Shown here: positions 21,399-32,182 of the stretch, piece by piece
Position numbering within the stretch: the first letter of the stretch is position 1
Layout: each line of letters begins with the position of its first letter
Notes under the pieces: model-generated
What the model was told of the DNA's origin: nothing
The model's input: the letters and a program-made list of their open reading frames with translations, nothing else
Database searches by the model: none
Assembly: GCA_038893835.1 (NCBI GenBank)
Contig: JAWAQR010000001.1
Span: 1-64,000, forward strand
Origin: Archaeoglobaceae archaeon
Lineage (GTDB): Archaea > Halobacteriota > Archaeoglobi > Archaeoglobales > Archaeoglobaceae
Length of the DNA: 64,000 nucleotides
Direction of reading: 5' to 3'
Program-made: the position numbers and the translations under genes

Positions 21399-21758
21399 AT
21401 GCGAAAACTTCGAGGACACCATTTAATTTGCTTGCACTTCTTCAAGGGTTATGGATACGATGAAAAATTCGTTGAAAATGTCCAGAGAATTCTAAAGGAG
21501 ATTAAAGAAGTTGAAGTTGTTGATGGAATAGATGAAGTTTGCATGGCCTGTCCACACAATGAAGGTTTTTGCAATTTTTCGGAAAATTCAGAAATGGAGG
21601 TTAAAGAACTCGATTCCTTAGCTTTAAAGCTTTTGAATTTGAAGCCTGGCATGATTCTTGAATGGGAAGATTTGAAGGTCAAGGTTCCAAAGATAATGGA
21701 TGAATGGAGAAATTTAGCTTGTAGAGAATGCGATTGGAGAGGTGTTTGCGATGCTTGA
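21399..21758 (+). CDS. DUF1284 family metal-binding protein
   Basis: RGHHLIC, GYGY...FVEN, DEVCMACP, CRECDW..C. Confidence 0.8.
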   Translation: MRKLRGHHLICLHFFKGYGYDEKFVENVQRILKEIKEVEVVDGIDEVCMACPHNEGFCNFSENSEMEVKELDSLALKLLNLKPGMILEWEDLKVKVPKIMDEWRNLACRECDWRGVCDA

Positions 21759-22290
21759 AATTGTTGCAAAAGTTATCTGGCTCCTTTTGCCTGCTTACAC
21801 ACCAAACAACTTCGCGGTGATCTGCGGTGGTTTAAAACCAATGGATTTCGGTAAGAATTTTATCGATGGAAGAAGGATTTTTGGTGACGGAAAAACGTTT
21901 TCTGGATTCTTTGGCGGAATACTTGGCGGGATATTTGTTGCAAATGTTCAAAGAATTCTTGAAAGATTCTTTGACATAAATCTTTTCTCTTCCTTAAGTT
22001 ATTTTGAATTCCTTTCCCTAATTTTAACCCTTAGCTTTGGAGCTATGCTAGGAGATTTGTTTGGTAGTTTTATAAAAAGAAGACTTAATTTTGCTCGCGG
22101 AAGCAGTTTTCCAATTTTGGATCAATTATCTTTTTTGGTGATTTCTTTGATAATTTCATCCTTCACATCAGCTTTCTGGAAGCTCTTCACAATTTTCGAT
22201 ATTTTGGTTGCTTTACTAATAACTCCCATACTTCATCTCTCTGTGAACTTGCTAGCTTTCAAGCTTAAGCTTAAGGAGGTGCCTTGGTGA
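21751..22290 (+). CDS. carS: CDP-archaeol synthase
   Basis: PAYTPN, PMDFG...DGRRIFGDGKT, GDLFGSFIKRR, PILDQL, KEVPW. Confidence 0.93.
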   Translation: MLEIVAKVIWLLLPAYTPNNFAVICGGLKPMDFGKNFIDGRRIFGDGKTFSGFFGGILGGIFVANVQRILERFFDINLFSSLSYFEFLSLILTLSFGAMLGDLFGSFIKRRLNFARGSSFPILDQLSFLVISLIISSFTSAFWKLFTIFDILVALLITPILHLSVNLLAFKLKLKEVPW

Positions 22291-22649
22291 AGTTCTGCGT
22301 TCAAGAACATTTTGCAAGGAGACATCATTTTGATCTTCGTTTGGAAATGGATGGAGTAGCAAAGAGCTGGGCAATTCCAAAGGGTTTTCCGGAAGTAGGT
22401 GAAAGGAGGCTTGCGATTCAAGTTGAGGATCACAGCATTGAGTACATGGATTTTGAGGGGATTATAGAGGAGGGATATGGTAAGGGGGTAGTTAGGATTT
22501 GGGATAGAGGAGAATATGAGTTAATAAAGAAGACAGAGAGAGAAATAAAATTCAGACTTAAAGGCAACAAGTTGAAGGGTACTTATGTTCTGCTTAAATT
22601 TGAAAAAAGTGGCAAAAATGCTTGGTTGCTGTTAAAGGCGAAGGAATAG
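22287..22649 (+). CDS. Stand-alone DNA 3'-phosphoesterase (LigD PE domain)
   Basis: QEHFARRHHFDLRLE, SWAIPKG, RLAIQVEDH...YMDFEG, GYGKGVVRIWDRG; GGAGGTG upstream of GTG 22287. Confidence 0.9.
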   Translation: MKFCVQEHFARRHHFDLRLEMDGVAKSWAIPKGFPEVGERRLAIQVEDHSIEYMDFEGIIEEGYGKGVVRIWDRGEYELIKKTEREIKFRLKGNKLKGTYVLLKFEKSGKNAWLLLKAKE

Positions 22650-22687
22650 AAGAAAAAGATTTTAAATATAAACAAAACAGTTGAGCC

Positions 22688-23908
22688 ATGAAAGAAGTTC
22701 CGCTTCCCGAAATAAACATCGGAATAGTTGGTCATGTTGATCATGGTAAAACAACTCTCGTAGCTGCGCTTAGTGGTGTCTGGACAGACAGGCATAGTGA
22801 AGAGATAAAGAGGGGAATATCGATAAAGCTCGGTTATGCGGATGCGACTTTTCGTAAATGTCCAGAATGCGAGGGATATCAGGCTTATACAACTGAAGAA
22901 GTCTGTCCAGTTCATGGAATTGAAACAGAAATTCTCAGAACTGTTAGCTTTGTCGACAGTCCTGGACATGAAATGCTGATGGCCACGATGCTCAGCGGAG
23001 CAGCATTGATGGATGGAGCTATACTAGTGATTGCAGCAAATGAAAAATGCCCAAGGCCCCAAACTAGGGAACATCTTTCAGCTCTGGAAGTAATTGGGAT
23101 AAAGAAGATCGTCATAGTCCAGAACAAGATAGATACTGTTACGAAGGAGAGAATTCTGGAAAATTACAAGGAAATAAAGGAATTCGTTCGCGGAACAATT
23201 GCTGAAAATGCGCCAATAATTCCAGTTTCAGCGCAGCAGAAAGTGAACATAGATGCCCTGATTTATGCGATTGAAAAAACTATAACAACTCCGCCCAGAG
23301 ATCTAAAATCTCCACCACTAATGCAGATTGCTAGGAGCTTTGACGTGAACAAACCAAAGACAAAGCCAGAAAATCTTCTCGGCGGGGTGGTTGGAGGAAG
23401 TTTGATGAGGGGAAAACTCAGGGCTGGGGATGAGATAGAGATAAGGCCTGGAATAAAGGGAGAAAAAGACTGGACTCCCATTACGACGAAGGTTGAAAGC
23501 ATAATGGCTTCCGGCAGGTTCATCGAAGAAGCAACTCCGGGTGGTTTAATAGGAGTGGCAACCAAGCTTGATCCATTCCTTACAAAAGCTGATAATCTCG
23601 TGGGAAACGTTCTTGGACATCCGAATGAGTTACCCCCTGTTTTAAAGGATTTCACAATGGAAACTCAATTATTCGAAAACGTCGTTGGATTGGAGGAAAG
23701 CTTGAGTGTGGAAAAGATAAAGATGAATGAGCCCCTAATGCTCGCTGTTGGAACAGCTATAACGCTCGGAAACGTGAAATCTGTCAGAGATGACGTTATA
23801 GAAGTGACTCTGCGCCGTCCTGTTTGCGCTGAATCGAAGTGGAGAGTTGCAATAAGCAGGAGAGTTGGAGGAAGATGGAGGCTAATAGGATCGGGTATAA
23901 TCGTATAA
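22688..23908 (+). CDS. eif2g: Translation initiation factor 2 gamma subunit
   Basis: [34 protein letters not shown]. Confidence 0.97.
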   Translation: MKEVPLPEINIGIVGHVDHGKTTLVAALSGVWTDRHSEEIKRGISIKLGYADATFRKCPECEGYQAYTTEEVCPVHGIETEILRTVSFVDSPGHEMLMATMLSGAALMDGAILVIAANEKCPRPQTREHLSALEVIGIKKIVIVQNKIDTVTKERILENYKEIKEFVRGTIAENAPIIPVSAQQKVNIDALIYAIEKTITTPPRDLKSPPLMQIARSFDVNKPKTKPENLLGGVVGGSLMRGKLRAGDEIEIRPGIKGEKDWTPITTKVESIMASGRFIEEATPGGLIGVATKLDPFLTKADNLVGNVLGHPNELPPVLKDFTMETQLFENVVGLEESLSVEKIKMNEPLMLAVGTAITLGNVKSVRDDVIEVTLRRPVCAESKWRVAISRRVGGRWRLIGSGIIV

Positions 23909-24243
23909 TTTTTGACACAAACGCTCTTTTATATGCGGTGAAGAACAAACTGGATCTCAGTGAGTTCAAAATTTTAATCCCAAAGGCTGTGATCAATGAA
24001 TTAAAAATGCTCGAGGAAAAACTATCTGGAAATGAAAAAATAGCTGCTAAAATAGCTCTGAAGGTAGTCGAGAAGGCAGAGGTGATCGATAGCAGGGAGG
24101 GAGATGAGGGTATAATTGAAGTTGCAAGAAAATTTGACTGTATCCTAGTCACGAATGATAAGGAATTGAGAAAAAAAGCGGAAAAATTTGGAATCCGCAC
24201 AGGATATATAAAGTTCGGAAAAGTAATTTTATCCGATTATTAA
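23875..24243 (+). CDS. PIN-domain protein (Fcf1/Utp24-like)
   Basis: [23 protein letters not shown]; usual neighbour of eif2g. Confidence 0.85.
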   Translation: MEANRIGYNRIIFDTNALLYAVKNKLDLSEFKILIPKAVINELKMLEEKLSGNEKIAAKIALKVVEKAEVIDSREGDEGIIEVARKFDCILVTNDKELRKKAEKFGIRTGYIKFGKVILSDY

Positions 24244-25491
24244 ATAATCCCCAAGCTTTCCATCTGCCTCGTCCATCTTTTCCTTGTGCTCTCTGAGAAA
24301 GTTTACCAGCAGTTCTTCAGCCATTTTTTTGCAAGCTCCGCAAAGCATTTTTCCACAGATACAGTCTTCTCTTATCCTGTTCAATTCTTCATCGCTTTCA
24401 ATGAGATGATATGCAAAGAACTCGAAAACAACACACTTCCATGGCTCACCTCCAAGTCTTCTCTGCTCTTCTGCAGTTGCTCTTCCCCCAGTTAGCGCAT
24501 TTCTTATTTTCTTAACAGCACTTTCCGGCTTTTCAAGTAATGAAATATAGCTTTCTGGTTTGCTTGAGCTCATTTTTCCTCCACTTAATCCTGTTGTAAA
24601 CTTGTGGTAAGTCGAGCTCGGAGGTATGAAAGCATAACCACCCATTTTGATTTCAAGTTTCCTTATCTCTTCCTCTATTTCCTCTGGATTTCCAAAGATG
24701 TCGTAATGTCCAGAATACTTTTTAAAATCGAAACCTAGTTTTTCGACTTCGCTGAGAATTTCACTCCTTTTGCTTCTAACCCTTAAACCATTTTCAATTC
24801 TCTCGAATGAGAAGTAGTTTATCCTAGAAACTAGATCTCTCGTCAATCTTAAATGCGGATCCTGATCAGCTCCAACTGGAACAACCACTGGCTTAGGACC
24901 TCCAAATTCTTTTAGTTGTGGTTGTAGTATGTCTGCAGATTGTATTAGAGAAACAAATGCTTTTGCAACATTTGTTTCTCCAGAAAATCCATAAATTGCT
25001 CTCATTTCATTGAAATTTACTTCTGATGAGAGCTCAAATGCTAGATTTTTGACTTTGTCGTTCTTTGACTGGAAGTAGATCAGAGCATCTTTTTCCAATC
25101 CTAGAGCAATTATGCTTTTTATATACATCATTCCAATTTCTCTTGCCTTTTCCCAGCTTATCCCTCTCACCAAATGTGCCTCCAGATCTGCTATTGCAAC
25201 AAAAGCCTTTGCCCCTATTTTTTGATGCCAAATTATCTCCTCCATTGTCATTTTATGCCCAAAATGAATTTCCCCAGACGGCATGAATCCAGACATAACT
25301 GAAAAATTTCTTCCCTTTTTTATAGCCTCTATCACCCTCCAATAATCTCTGTGCCCAAAAATTGCGCCCCTACGAATTAATTTGTGCGGATTTGGAATTG
25401 AATCTACAAGTTCAGCTAACGGAGATATTCCAAATTCCTCGATCAATTTTTGGTAGTCCACAACACCCTCCACTTCCCATGGTGTGATCAC
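24229..25491 (-). CDS. trpS: Tryptophan--tRNA ligase
   Basis: ITPWEV, GHRD, PSGEIHFGH, GADQDPH, KMSSS; GTG start. Confidence 0.96.
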   Translation of the reverse strand: MITPWEVEGVVDYQKLIEEFGISPLAELVDSIPNPHKLIRRGAIFGHRDYWRVIEAIKKGRNFSVMSGFMPSGEIHFGHKMTMEEIIWHQKIGAKAFVAIADLEAHLVRGISWEKAREIGMMYIKSIIALGLEKDALIYFQSKNDKVKNLAFELSSEVNFNEMRAIYGFSGETNVAKAFVSLIQSADILQPQLKEFGGPKPVVVPVGADQDPHLRLTRDLVSRINYFSFERIENGLRVRSKRSEILSEVEKLGFDFKKYSGHYDIFGNPEEIEEEIRKLEIKMGGYAFIPPSSTYHKFTTGLSGGKMSSSKPESYISLLEKPESAVKKIRNALTGGRATAEEQRRLGGEPWKCVVFEFFAYHLIESDEELNRIREDCICGKMLCGACKKMAEELLVNFLREHKEKMDEADGKLGDYLIIG

Positions 25492-25541
25492 AATTCTTGC
25501 GCTGACATTAGGTTAATATTCTTTGTGTAAATCGAATTTCG

Positions 25542-26435
25542 ATGATTCAAATAATGGGTGCTGGAGCACTTGGATCTTTATTAGGCGCTCTACTTCAATT
25601 GTCAGGTAAAGAGGTCGTATTTGTAGCTAGAGGAAAACAACTGGAGGCTCTGAGGAAAAAGCTTGTAATTTCCGGGTTGATTAATGCGGAGTTAGAAGTC
25701 AAAGTCGTTGAAAAACCAATTGATGCTGAGATAACTCTTTTTACTGTGAAAGCATACGATACAAATTTGGCAGCAGAGAGTCTAAGTAAAGTTAATCCAG
25801 GAATCGTTTGTTCACTTCAAAATGGGATCGGGGTTGAAGAGATTTTGAAAAAGCACGTTAAAAGGGTTATAAGAGGTGTTACGAACTATGGTGCAAATCT
25901 CTTAGATTACGGAAAAGTTGAGTATGCAGGTGAAGGCTTTATATATCTCCCAAGAAATCCCGAGGCAGAAAAAGTGGCAATGGTTTTGAGAGAGGCAAAT
26001 CTTAGGGTTGAGCTTGTGGAGAACATCGATTTCTTTATCTGGGTGAAAACCATAGTCAACTCTGTGATAAACCCGTTAACTGCGATTTGCAGAGTTAGAA
26101 ATGGTTTTGTAATAGAAAACGAAAATATCTGGTTTTTGGCGGAGAAAATAGCTGAGGAAGGGAAGAATTTGTTGGAAAAATTGGGATACAAGTTTGACGT
26201 TATTTCAGAAGTCAAAAGAGTTGCAAGGATGACTGCGAAGAACAAATCTTCGATGCTTCAAGATGTGCTGAGAGGGAAGAGGACGGAAATAGATTATATA
26301 AATGGGGCCATAGTTAAAAAGTGTAAAGAACTTGGAATTGAATGCGGAATGAATGAAATAATCTGGAAAATCGTAAAGGGGATAGAGGATGGATTTTCTT
26401 TATGTGATTCTAATTTCTGCGATGCCCGTATTTGA
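25542..26435 (+). CDS. panE: Ketopantoate reductase
   Basis: GAGALG, TVKAYD, LQNG, WVKTIVN..INPLT, SSMLQD...TEID. Confidence 0.92.
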   Translation: MIQIMGAGALGSLLGALLQLSGKEVVFVARGKQLEALRKKLVISGLINAELEVKVVEKPIDAEITLFTVKAYDTNLAAESLSKVNPGIVCSLQNGIGVEEILKKHVKRVIRGVTNYGANLLDYGKVEYAGEGFIYLPRNPEAEKVAMVLREANLRVELVENIDFFIWVKTIVNSVINPLTAICRVRNGFVIENENIWFLAEKIAEEGKNLLEKLGYKFDVISEVKRVARMTAKNKSSMLQDVLRGKRTEIDYINGAIVKKCKELGIECGMNEIIWKIVKGIEDGFSLCDSNFCDARI

Positions 26436-26841
26436 ACTTCGTGCAGGAATTCCAGTAGCAATTTATCTTGGCATAAGTCCAATAGAAGCCTACTTTTTAG
26501 CAGTTTTTGGCAACTTCCTTCCAGTTCCTTTTCTTCTGATCTTGTTTGAAAGGCTCTTGAGCTTTGTTAGAAGATTTGGCGTTCTATGGAACCTTTACAT
26601 AGCAATTCAAGGTAGAGTGCAGAAGAAAAAAGAATTAATTGATAAATATGGCTATCTAGGTCTTGCAATTTTTGTTGCAATCCCATTTCCAGCAACTGGA
26701 GCGTGGACAGGTTGTCTTTTAGCCTTTTTACTTGGGCTAAATAGTTTTAAGGCTTCGATAGCGATTTTAGTCGGAATTCTATTTGCTGGCATTCTTGTGC
26801 TAATTCCAATTCTCGGTATTGTGAACTTTTTGAAAATTTAA
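26389..26841 (+). CDS. Small multi-drug export family membrane protein (COG2426)
   Basis: PVFELRAGIP, GNFLPVP, FVAIPFPATGAWTG. Confidence 0.85.
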   Translation: MDFLYVILISAMPVFELRAGIPVAIYLGISPIEAYFLAVFGNFLPVPFLLILFERLLSFVRRFGVLWNLYIAIQGRVQKKKELIDKYGYLGLAIFVAIPFPATGAWTGCLLAFLLGLNSFKASIAILVGILFAGILVLIPILGIVNFLKI

Positions 26842-26908
26842 GTAGCTAATTTTTATTCGATGAATTACGGAACAAAAACTTAAAAAAGCCAGAGAGATAA
26901 GGTCTGGA

Positions 26909-26926
26909 GCTAATGAGTGATGAAGC
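26909..26926 (+). promoter_or_regulatory. K-turn/K-loop element in the rpl7ae leader (L7Ae autoregulation)
   Basis: GCTAATGAGTGATGAAGC has two TGA (box C/D-like) motifs closed by a short stem. It lies about 25 nt after a TATA-like CTTAAAAA and just before SD GGAGGTGA (26933-26940). Confidence 0.7.
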
Positions 26927-26944
26927 GAGATGGGAGGTGAATTC

Positions 26945-27304
26945 ATGTACATAAGATTTGAGGTTCCGCAGGACTTGCAGAATGAGGCTCTTGCATTGTT
27001 GGAGAAAGCAAGAGAGACTGGAAAAGTTAAAAAGGGAACAAATGAGACTACAAAAGCAGTAGAGCGTGGTCTGGCAAAACTTGTATATATTGCGATGGAC
27101 GTAGATCCTCCAGAAGTTGTTGCCCATCTTCCATTGCTCTGCGAAGAAAAGAATATTCCGTATATTTACATAAAGAGCAAGGCAGACATAGGGAGAGCTG
27201 TGAAAATCGATGTAAATTGCGCCTCCGCTGCAATAATAGATGAAGGAAATGCAAAAAAAGAGCTAGCTTCGATTTTAGAAAAGCTGAAAGGGATTAGGAA
27301 GTGA
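26945..27304 (+). CDS. rpl7ae: 50S ribosomal protein L7Ae
   Basis: [33 protein letters not shown]; SD upstream of ATG 26945. Confidence 0.97.
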   Translation: MYIRFEVPQDLQNEALALLEKARETGKVKKGTNETTKAVERGLAKLVYIAMDVDPPEVVAHLPLLCEEKNIPYIYIKSKADIGRAVKIDVNCASAAIIDEGNAKKELASILEKLKGIRK

Positions 27305-27310
27305 TGGGAT

Positions 27311-27520
27311 ATGGAAGAGGACATACAACCTGCGGAAGTCGTTGAGATAATAGGTAGAACAGGAATGCATGGAGAAGTGACACAGGTAAAGGTTAAGATA
27401 CTTGCAGGAGAGAATATGGGAAGGATAATTACTAGAAACGTCTTTGGACCAGTTAAGATTGGAGATGTTTTGATGATAAAAGAAACTTCCAGGGAAGCGA
27501 GAAAGCTGACGGTGAAGTGA
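27311..27520 (+). CDS. rps28e: 30S ribosomal protein S28e
   Basis: [26 protein letters not shown]. Confidence 0.97.
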   Translation: MEEDIQPAEVVEIIGRTGMHGEVTQVKVKILAGENMGRIITRNVFGPVKIGDVLMIKETSREARKLTVK

Positions 27521-27521
27521 T

Positions 27522-27707
27522 ATGGAATTTAAAATTTGCACATTTTGCGGCTACGAAATCGAGCCTGGGACTGGAAAAAGTCTTGTTAGGAAAGATGGTA
27601 AAATTCTACACTTCTGCAGTGGAAAGTGTGAGAAAAACTACAAAATGGGTAGGAATCCAAGAAAGCTGAAGTGGACAAAGTTCTACGAAAAGGGGAAAGT
27701 AAGGTGA
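27522..27707 (+). CDS. rpl24e: 50S ribosomal protein L24e
   Basis: [27 protein letters not shown]. Confidence 0.97.
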   Translation: MEFKICTFCGYEIEPGTGKSLVRKDGKILHFCSGKCEKNYKMGRNPRKLKWTKFYEKGKVR

Positions 27708-27711
27708 TTTT

Positions 27712-28164
27712 GTGGAGAGAACATTTGTAATGGTGAAACCCGATGGAGTTCAGAGAGGGCTTATTGGAGAAATAATTTCAAGACTGGAAAGGAAGGGATT
27801 GAAGATTGTTGCCATCAAGATGTTGAAGATTACAAAGGAGATGGCTGAAAGGCATTATGAAGAGCACAAATCAAAACCATTCTTTTCTTCCCTAGTTTCA
27901 TACATATCCAGCGGTCCAGTTGTTGCGATGGTTGTTGAAGGAAAAAATGCTGTTAAAGTTGTAAGAAAACTTGTTGGAGCAACAAATCCGGCTGAAGCTG
28001 AGCCTGGTACGATAAGAGGGGACTTTGGTTTAGATCTCGGCAGAAATGTCGTCCATGCCTCCGATTCCATTAGTTCTGCGGAGAGGGAAATAAAGTTGTT
28101 CTTTAGCGATGAGGAAATTGTAAGTTACGAGAGAGTCATCGATGCCTGGGTATACGAGAGATGA
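27712..28164 (+). CDS. ndk: Nucleoside diphosphate kinase
   Basis: [28 protein letters not shown]. Confidence 0.97.
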   Translation: MERTFVMVKPDGVQRGLIGEIISRLERKGLKIVAIKMLKITKEMAERHYEEHKSKPFFSSLVSYISSGPVVAMVVEGKNAVKVVRKLVGATNPAEAEPGTIRGDFGLDLGRNVVHASDSISSAEREIKLFFSDEEIVSYERVIDAWVYER

Positions 28165-29924
28165 GCGAAATAAGAACGCCTATTGTAGCAGTTCTTGGTC
28201 ATGTAGACCACGGCAAGACTACGATACTGGATAAGATAAGGAGAAGCAAGGTTGCAGCCAAGGAAGCTGGAGGGATTACGCAACACATAGGAGCAACGGA
28301 AATTCCGATAAAGCTGATAGAGGAAATCTGTAAGGACATCTGGAGACCGAACATAAAGATACCTGGTCTTCTTTTTATAGACACACCAGGGCATAAGGCT
28401 TTTACGAATTTAAGAAAGAGAGGAGGGGCACTTGCCGATCTGGCAATTTTGGTTGTTGACATAATGGAAGGAATAATGCCCCAGACCGAGGAAGCTTTAT
28501 CGATACTCAGAACTTTCAAGACACCTTTTGTAATTGCAGTCAATAAAATAGACAAAATACCTGGCTGGCAAAGTAAAGAGGGATCTTTTATAAAGAATTA
28601 TGCGTTGCAGGAAGAATTTGCGAGAAGGAACTTGGAAACAAGGATTTACGAATTAGTAAATGATTTTTACAGGTTTGGATTCAACTGCGAAAGATTTGAC
28701 AGGATAAGAGATTTTACAAAGACAGTAGCAATGATTCCAGTTTCCGGATTGACTGGAGAGGGGATTCCGGAGCTTTTAATGGTGCTTCTTGGCTTGGCTC
28801 AGCGTTATTTAGTGAGCAGTTTAAAGCTACATGTTGAGGGAAAGGCGAAGGGGACGATTTTGGAGATAAAGGAAGATCGCGGTATAGGAGTGACTTGTGA
28901 TGCGATCATTTACGATGGAACCCTGAAAATTGGAGATAAGATTGCGATATGTGGAAAGGATGATATAATCGTTACAACGGTAAAGGCAATTCTAAAGCCC
29001 CCTCCAGCCAGAGAAATGAGGGTTGAGAGTAGATTTCAGCGTGTTGAAAAAGTCACAGCTGCAGCTGGAATCAAAATTGTTGCTCCAAATCTTGAAAAAG
29101 CTATAGCTGGTAGTGAATTCGAAGTTGTTGAAAACGAAGAAGATTTGCGAAAGTTCAAAGAAAGGGTGAAGAGGGAATATGAAGAGGTTGCAATAAGGAC
29201 AGAGGGGGAAGGAATAATATTAAAGACGGATGCGATTGGTTCACTGGAAGCCATGATAAATGAGCTCAAATCCCTTCAAATACCGATAAAGAAGGCAGAA
29301 GTTGGAGAGGTGGATAAGAGAGATGTTGTTGAAGTTTCGACGAATAAGGATGAAGTAAACAAGGCTATTTTGGCATTCAACGTCAAGGTTTTACCAGAAG
29401 CTCTAGAAGAGGCACAGAAGTACGGCGTGAGAATCTTTGAGGGAAACATAATTTACACGATAATCGATTCTTTTGTGAAGTGGAGAGAAGAACTGAAGCT
29501 GAGAAAAGAAAAGCAGAAAATTGAAGCGCTTATAAAGCCTGGGAAGATAAAGCTTTTGAAGGAATTCATTTTCAGAAGGAGTAAGCCTGCGATCATTGGA
29601 ATAAAAGTTCTCGCTGGAGAGCTGAGGAGGGGTTCATCGTTGATAAAACCAGATGGAAGCAAGGTTGGGGAAGTTAGGAGTATGCAGAAGGAGGGAAAGA
29701 ACATATCAATTGCGAGAATGGGTGAAGAAGTTGCAATAGCGATTGATGAAGTAACCATAGGTAGACAATTGGAAGGTGACGAGATTTTATATGTAGAAAT
29801 TCCTGAAAAACATGCAAAGGTAATAGAGAGGGAACTTCTGACTTCTTTCGATGAAGAAACAAGGAAAACTTTCCTCGAATATCTTGAAATAAAAAGAAGG
29901 GAAAACCCGTTCTGGGCAAAATAG
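28161..29924 (+). CDS. infB: Translation initiation factor aIF5B/IF-2 (no intein)
   Basis: [28 protein letters not shown]. Confidence 0.97.
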   Translation: MSEIRTPIVAVLGHVDHGKTTILDKIRRSKVAAKEAGGITQHIGATEIPIKLIEEICKDIWRPNIKIPGLLFIDTPGHKAFTNLRKRGGALADLAILVVDIMEGIMPQTEEALSILRTFKTPFVIAVNKIDKIPGWQSKEGSFIKNYALQEEFARRNLETRIYELVNDFYRFGFNCERFDRIRDFTKTVAMIPVSGLTGEGIPELLMVLLGLAQRYLVSSLKLHVEGKAKGTILEIKEDRGIGVTCDAIIYDGTLKIGDKIAICGKDDIIVTTVKAILKPPPAREMRVESRFQRVEKVTAAAGIKIVAPNLEKAIAGSEFEVVENEEDLRKFKERVKREYEEVAIRTEGEGIILKTDAIGSLEAMINELKSLQIPIKKAEVGEVDKRDVVEVSTNKDEVNKAILAFNVKVLPEALEEAQKYGVRIFEGNIIYTIIDSFVKWREELKLRKEKQKIEALIKPGKIKLLKEFIFRRSKPAIIGIKVLAGELRRGSSLIKPDGSKVGEVRSMQKEGKNISIARMGEEVAIAIDEVTIGRQLEGDEILYVEIPEKHAKVIERELLTSFDEETRKTFLEYLEIKRRENPFWAK

Positions 29925-29958
29925 AAAATTTTTTAATTTAAAATTTCCGTTTCATTTC

Positions 29959-30855
29959 ATGAAACTCGAGGACATAAAAATTATTGGAGTAGTTGGAGCT
30001 GGGGTTATGGGCCATGGAATTGCGCAAGTTGCCGCTAGGAGCGGTTATGAAGTAGTTCTTGTCGATATCAGTGAAGAAATTCTGAAGAAGGCAATTGAAA
30101 ACATAAGAAGCGGCCCATATGGTTTGCAGAGGTTGGTTGAGAAGGGAAAAATGAGTAAGGAGGAAATGGAGAAGTGTATGGAAAGAATAAAGACTTCCAC
30201 AAATTACGAAAGTCTAAAAGACGTCGATTATTTGATCGAAGCGGTTCCAGAAAATTTGGAGCTAAAGAGGAAGATTTTTGCTCAGCTGGATAAGATTTGC
30301 AAGAAAGAGACGATTTTTGCAACAAACACCTCTGGAATAATGATTTCAAGCATCGCTACAGCGGTTGAAAGGAAGGAAAAGTTCATCGGAATGCACTGGT
30401 TTAACCCCGCACCAGTTATGAGGCTGATCGAAGTCATTCGCGGCGCTCTGACTTCTGATGAAACATTTGAAATAACTGTTGAGTTATCTAAGAAATTTGG
30501 AAAAGTTCCAATTCCCGCCAACGATGCTCCAGGCTTTTTCACGACCAGATTCATAAACTCATGGCTTGTTGAAGCGATAAGACTGTTTGAAAGTGGAATT
30601 GCTGGGATAAAGGAGATAGATGAAATGTGCAAGCTAGCTTTTGGCTTTCCAATGGGTCCATTCGAACTGATGGACTTGATAGGACTTGATACAGTCTTAC
30701 ACATTGCTGAATACATTTATGAGGAAACAAAGGAGAAGCATTATGCTCCACCAATCACTCTGAAGAAGCTTGTCTTTTCAGGATATCTTGGAGATAAGAA
30801 GCTGAAATTTGGAAGTAAAGGCGGATGGTACGACTTTTACGGAATTAAAAAATAA
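29959..30855 (+). CDS. 3-hydroxyacyl-CoA dehydrogenase
   Basis: GAGVMGHG, EAVPE, TNTS, GMHWFNP, PMGPFELMDLIGLD. Confidence 0.93.
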   Translation: MKLEDIKIIGVVGAGVMGHGIAQVAARSGYEVVLVDISEEILKKAIENIRSGPYGLQRLVEKGKMSKEEMEKCMERIKTSTNYESLKDVDYLIEAVPENLELKRKIFAQLDKICKKETIFATNTSGIMISSIATAVERKEKFIGMHWFNPAPVMRLIEVIRGALTSDETFEITVELSKKFGKVPIPANDAPGFFTTRFINSWLVEAIRLFESGIAGIKEIDEMCKLAFGFPMGPFELMDLIGLDTVLHIAEYIYEETKEKHYAPPITLKKLVFSGYLGDKKLKFGSKGGWYDFYGIKK

Positions 30856-30973
30856 ATTTTAGTAAAAATAGATAAGTTTAAATAGCTTCTTGATTTTTTT
30901 ATGTTAAAAAATTATTTAAAACTCAGCAAACCTTAAATACCCGCGATGTCGGTGATTTTTCCGGTGATACGAA

Positions 30974-32167
30974 ATGCTTGCAGACTTCATCTTAACGGAT
31001 GAACAGAAAGCGATAAAAGAGGCTGCTAGAGAGTTTGCGGAAAAAGAATTTCCAAAATACGCTGAAGAGTGTGACAGAGAAGAGAAATTCCCATTTGAAC
31101 TATGGAAAAAGGCTGCAGAATTAGGTTTTATAGGGATGAGTTTTCCAGAGGAATATGGAGGTCAGGGTGCAGGAGTTTTAGACTCTTGTCTTGTAGTCGA
31201 GGAGTTTTGGAGAGTAGATGGAGGACTTGGACAGATTCTTTCTTCCACTTTTGGTGCTGAGCAAATACTCGCCTTTGGAACTGAGGAACAAAAGAAGAAG
31301 TATCTTCCACCGCTTGCTAAGGGGAAGGCGATTTGCTGCGCCTGCTACACAGAACCACAAGCTGGGAGCGATGTTGCTGGAATAAAGACTAGGGCAGATA
31401 AAGTAGGGGATGAATATGTGATAAATGGGACGAAGATGTTCATAACAAATGGAACGATTGCAGATTATTACATAGTCCTCGCAAGAACAGATCCAAATCC
31501 GCCAAAGAGACATCATGGGATGAGCGTTTTCATAGTTGAAAAAGGAACTCCTGGGCTTGAGGCAAGGAAGTTGAAGAACAAGTTGGGCATAAGGGCGAGC
31601 GATACTGCTGAGGTTGTTTTCAAGAACGTTAGAGTTCCAAAGGAGAATCTCATAGGTCAGGAGGGACAGGGATTCTATCAGACAATGATCTTCTTCAACA
31701 TAACAAGAATTCCTGTGGCATTCCAGGCTGTTGGTATTGCCCAGGGGGCTTTCGAGCTCGCCTTTAATTATGCGAAAAACAGAGAAGTTTTTGAGCAAAA
31801 ACTCATCGACTTCCAAGTGACACAGGATAAGCTTGCGAAGATGAGGACAAAACTCGAAGCTGCGAGACTTCTAGCTTACCAGGCAGCGTATTTCCAGGAT
31901 AAGATGGGAATGCCAGATCCAGGATTGACAGCGATGGCCAAATACTACTGTGCTCACGTTGCGCAGGAAATTGTAAACGAAGCTTTGCAGATTTACGGTG
32001 GTTATGGATACCTGAACGAGCAGGCGATTGCCAGGATGTATAGAGATGTCAGAATTCTTGAAATATATGAAGGGACTAGAGAAATAGAGATAGAAATAAT
32101 TGCCAGATCTTTGATTGGCAAGATACCTTCAAGACTAGCTTCGATAAGAAAGCATCCATTCTCCTAA
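30974..32167 (+). CDS. Acyl-CoA dehydrogenase
   Basis: PEEYGG, TEPQAGSD, NGTKMFITNG, KLGIRAS, GGYGY, IYEGT. Confidence 0.94.
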   Translation: MLADFILTDEQKAIKEAAREFAEKEFPKYAEECDREEKFPFELWKKAAELGFIGMSFPEEYGGQGAGVLDSCLVVEEFWRVDGGLGQILSSTFGAEQILAFGTEEQKKKYLPPLAKGKAICCACYTEPQAGSDVAGIKTRADKVGDEYVINGTKMFITNGTIADYYIVLARTDPNPPKRHHGMSVFIVEKGTPGLEARKLKNKLGIRASDTAEVVFKNVRVPKENLIGQEGQGFYQTMIFFNITRIPVAFQAVGIAQGAFELAFNYAKNREVFEQKLIDFQVTQDKLAKMRTKLEAARLLAYQAAYFQDKMGMPDPGLTAMAKYYCAHVAQEIVNEALQIYGGYGYLNEQAIARMYRDVRILEIYEGTREIEIEIIARSLIGKIPSRLASIRKHPFS

Positions 32168-32182
32168 TTTTTGGTGATCTTG

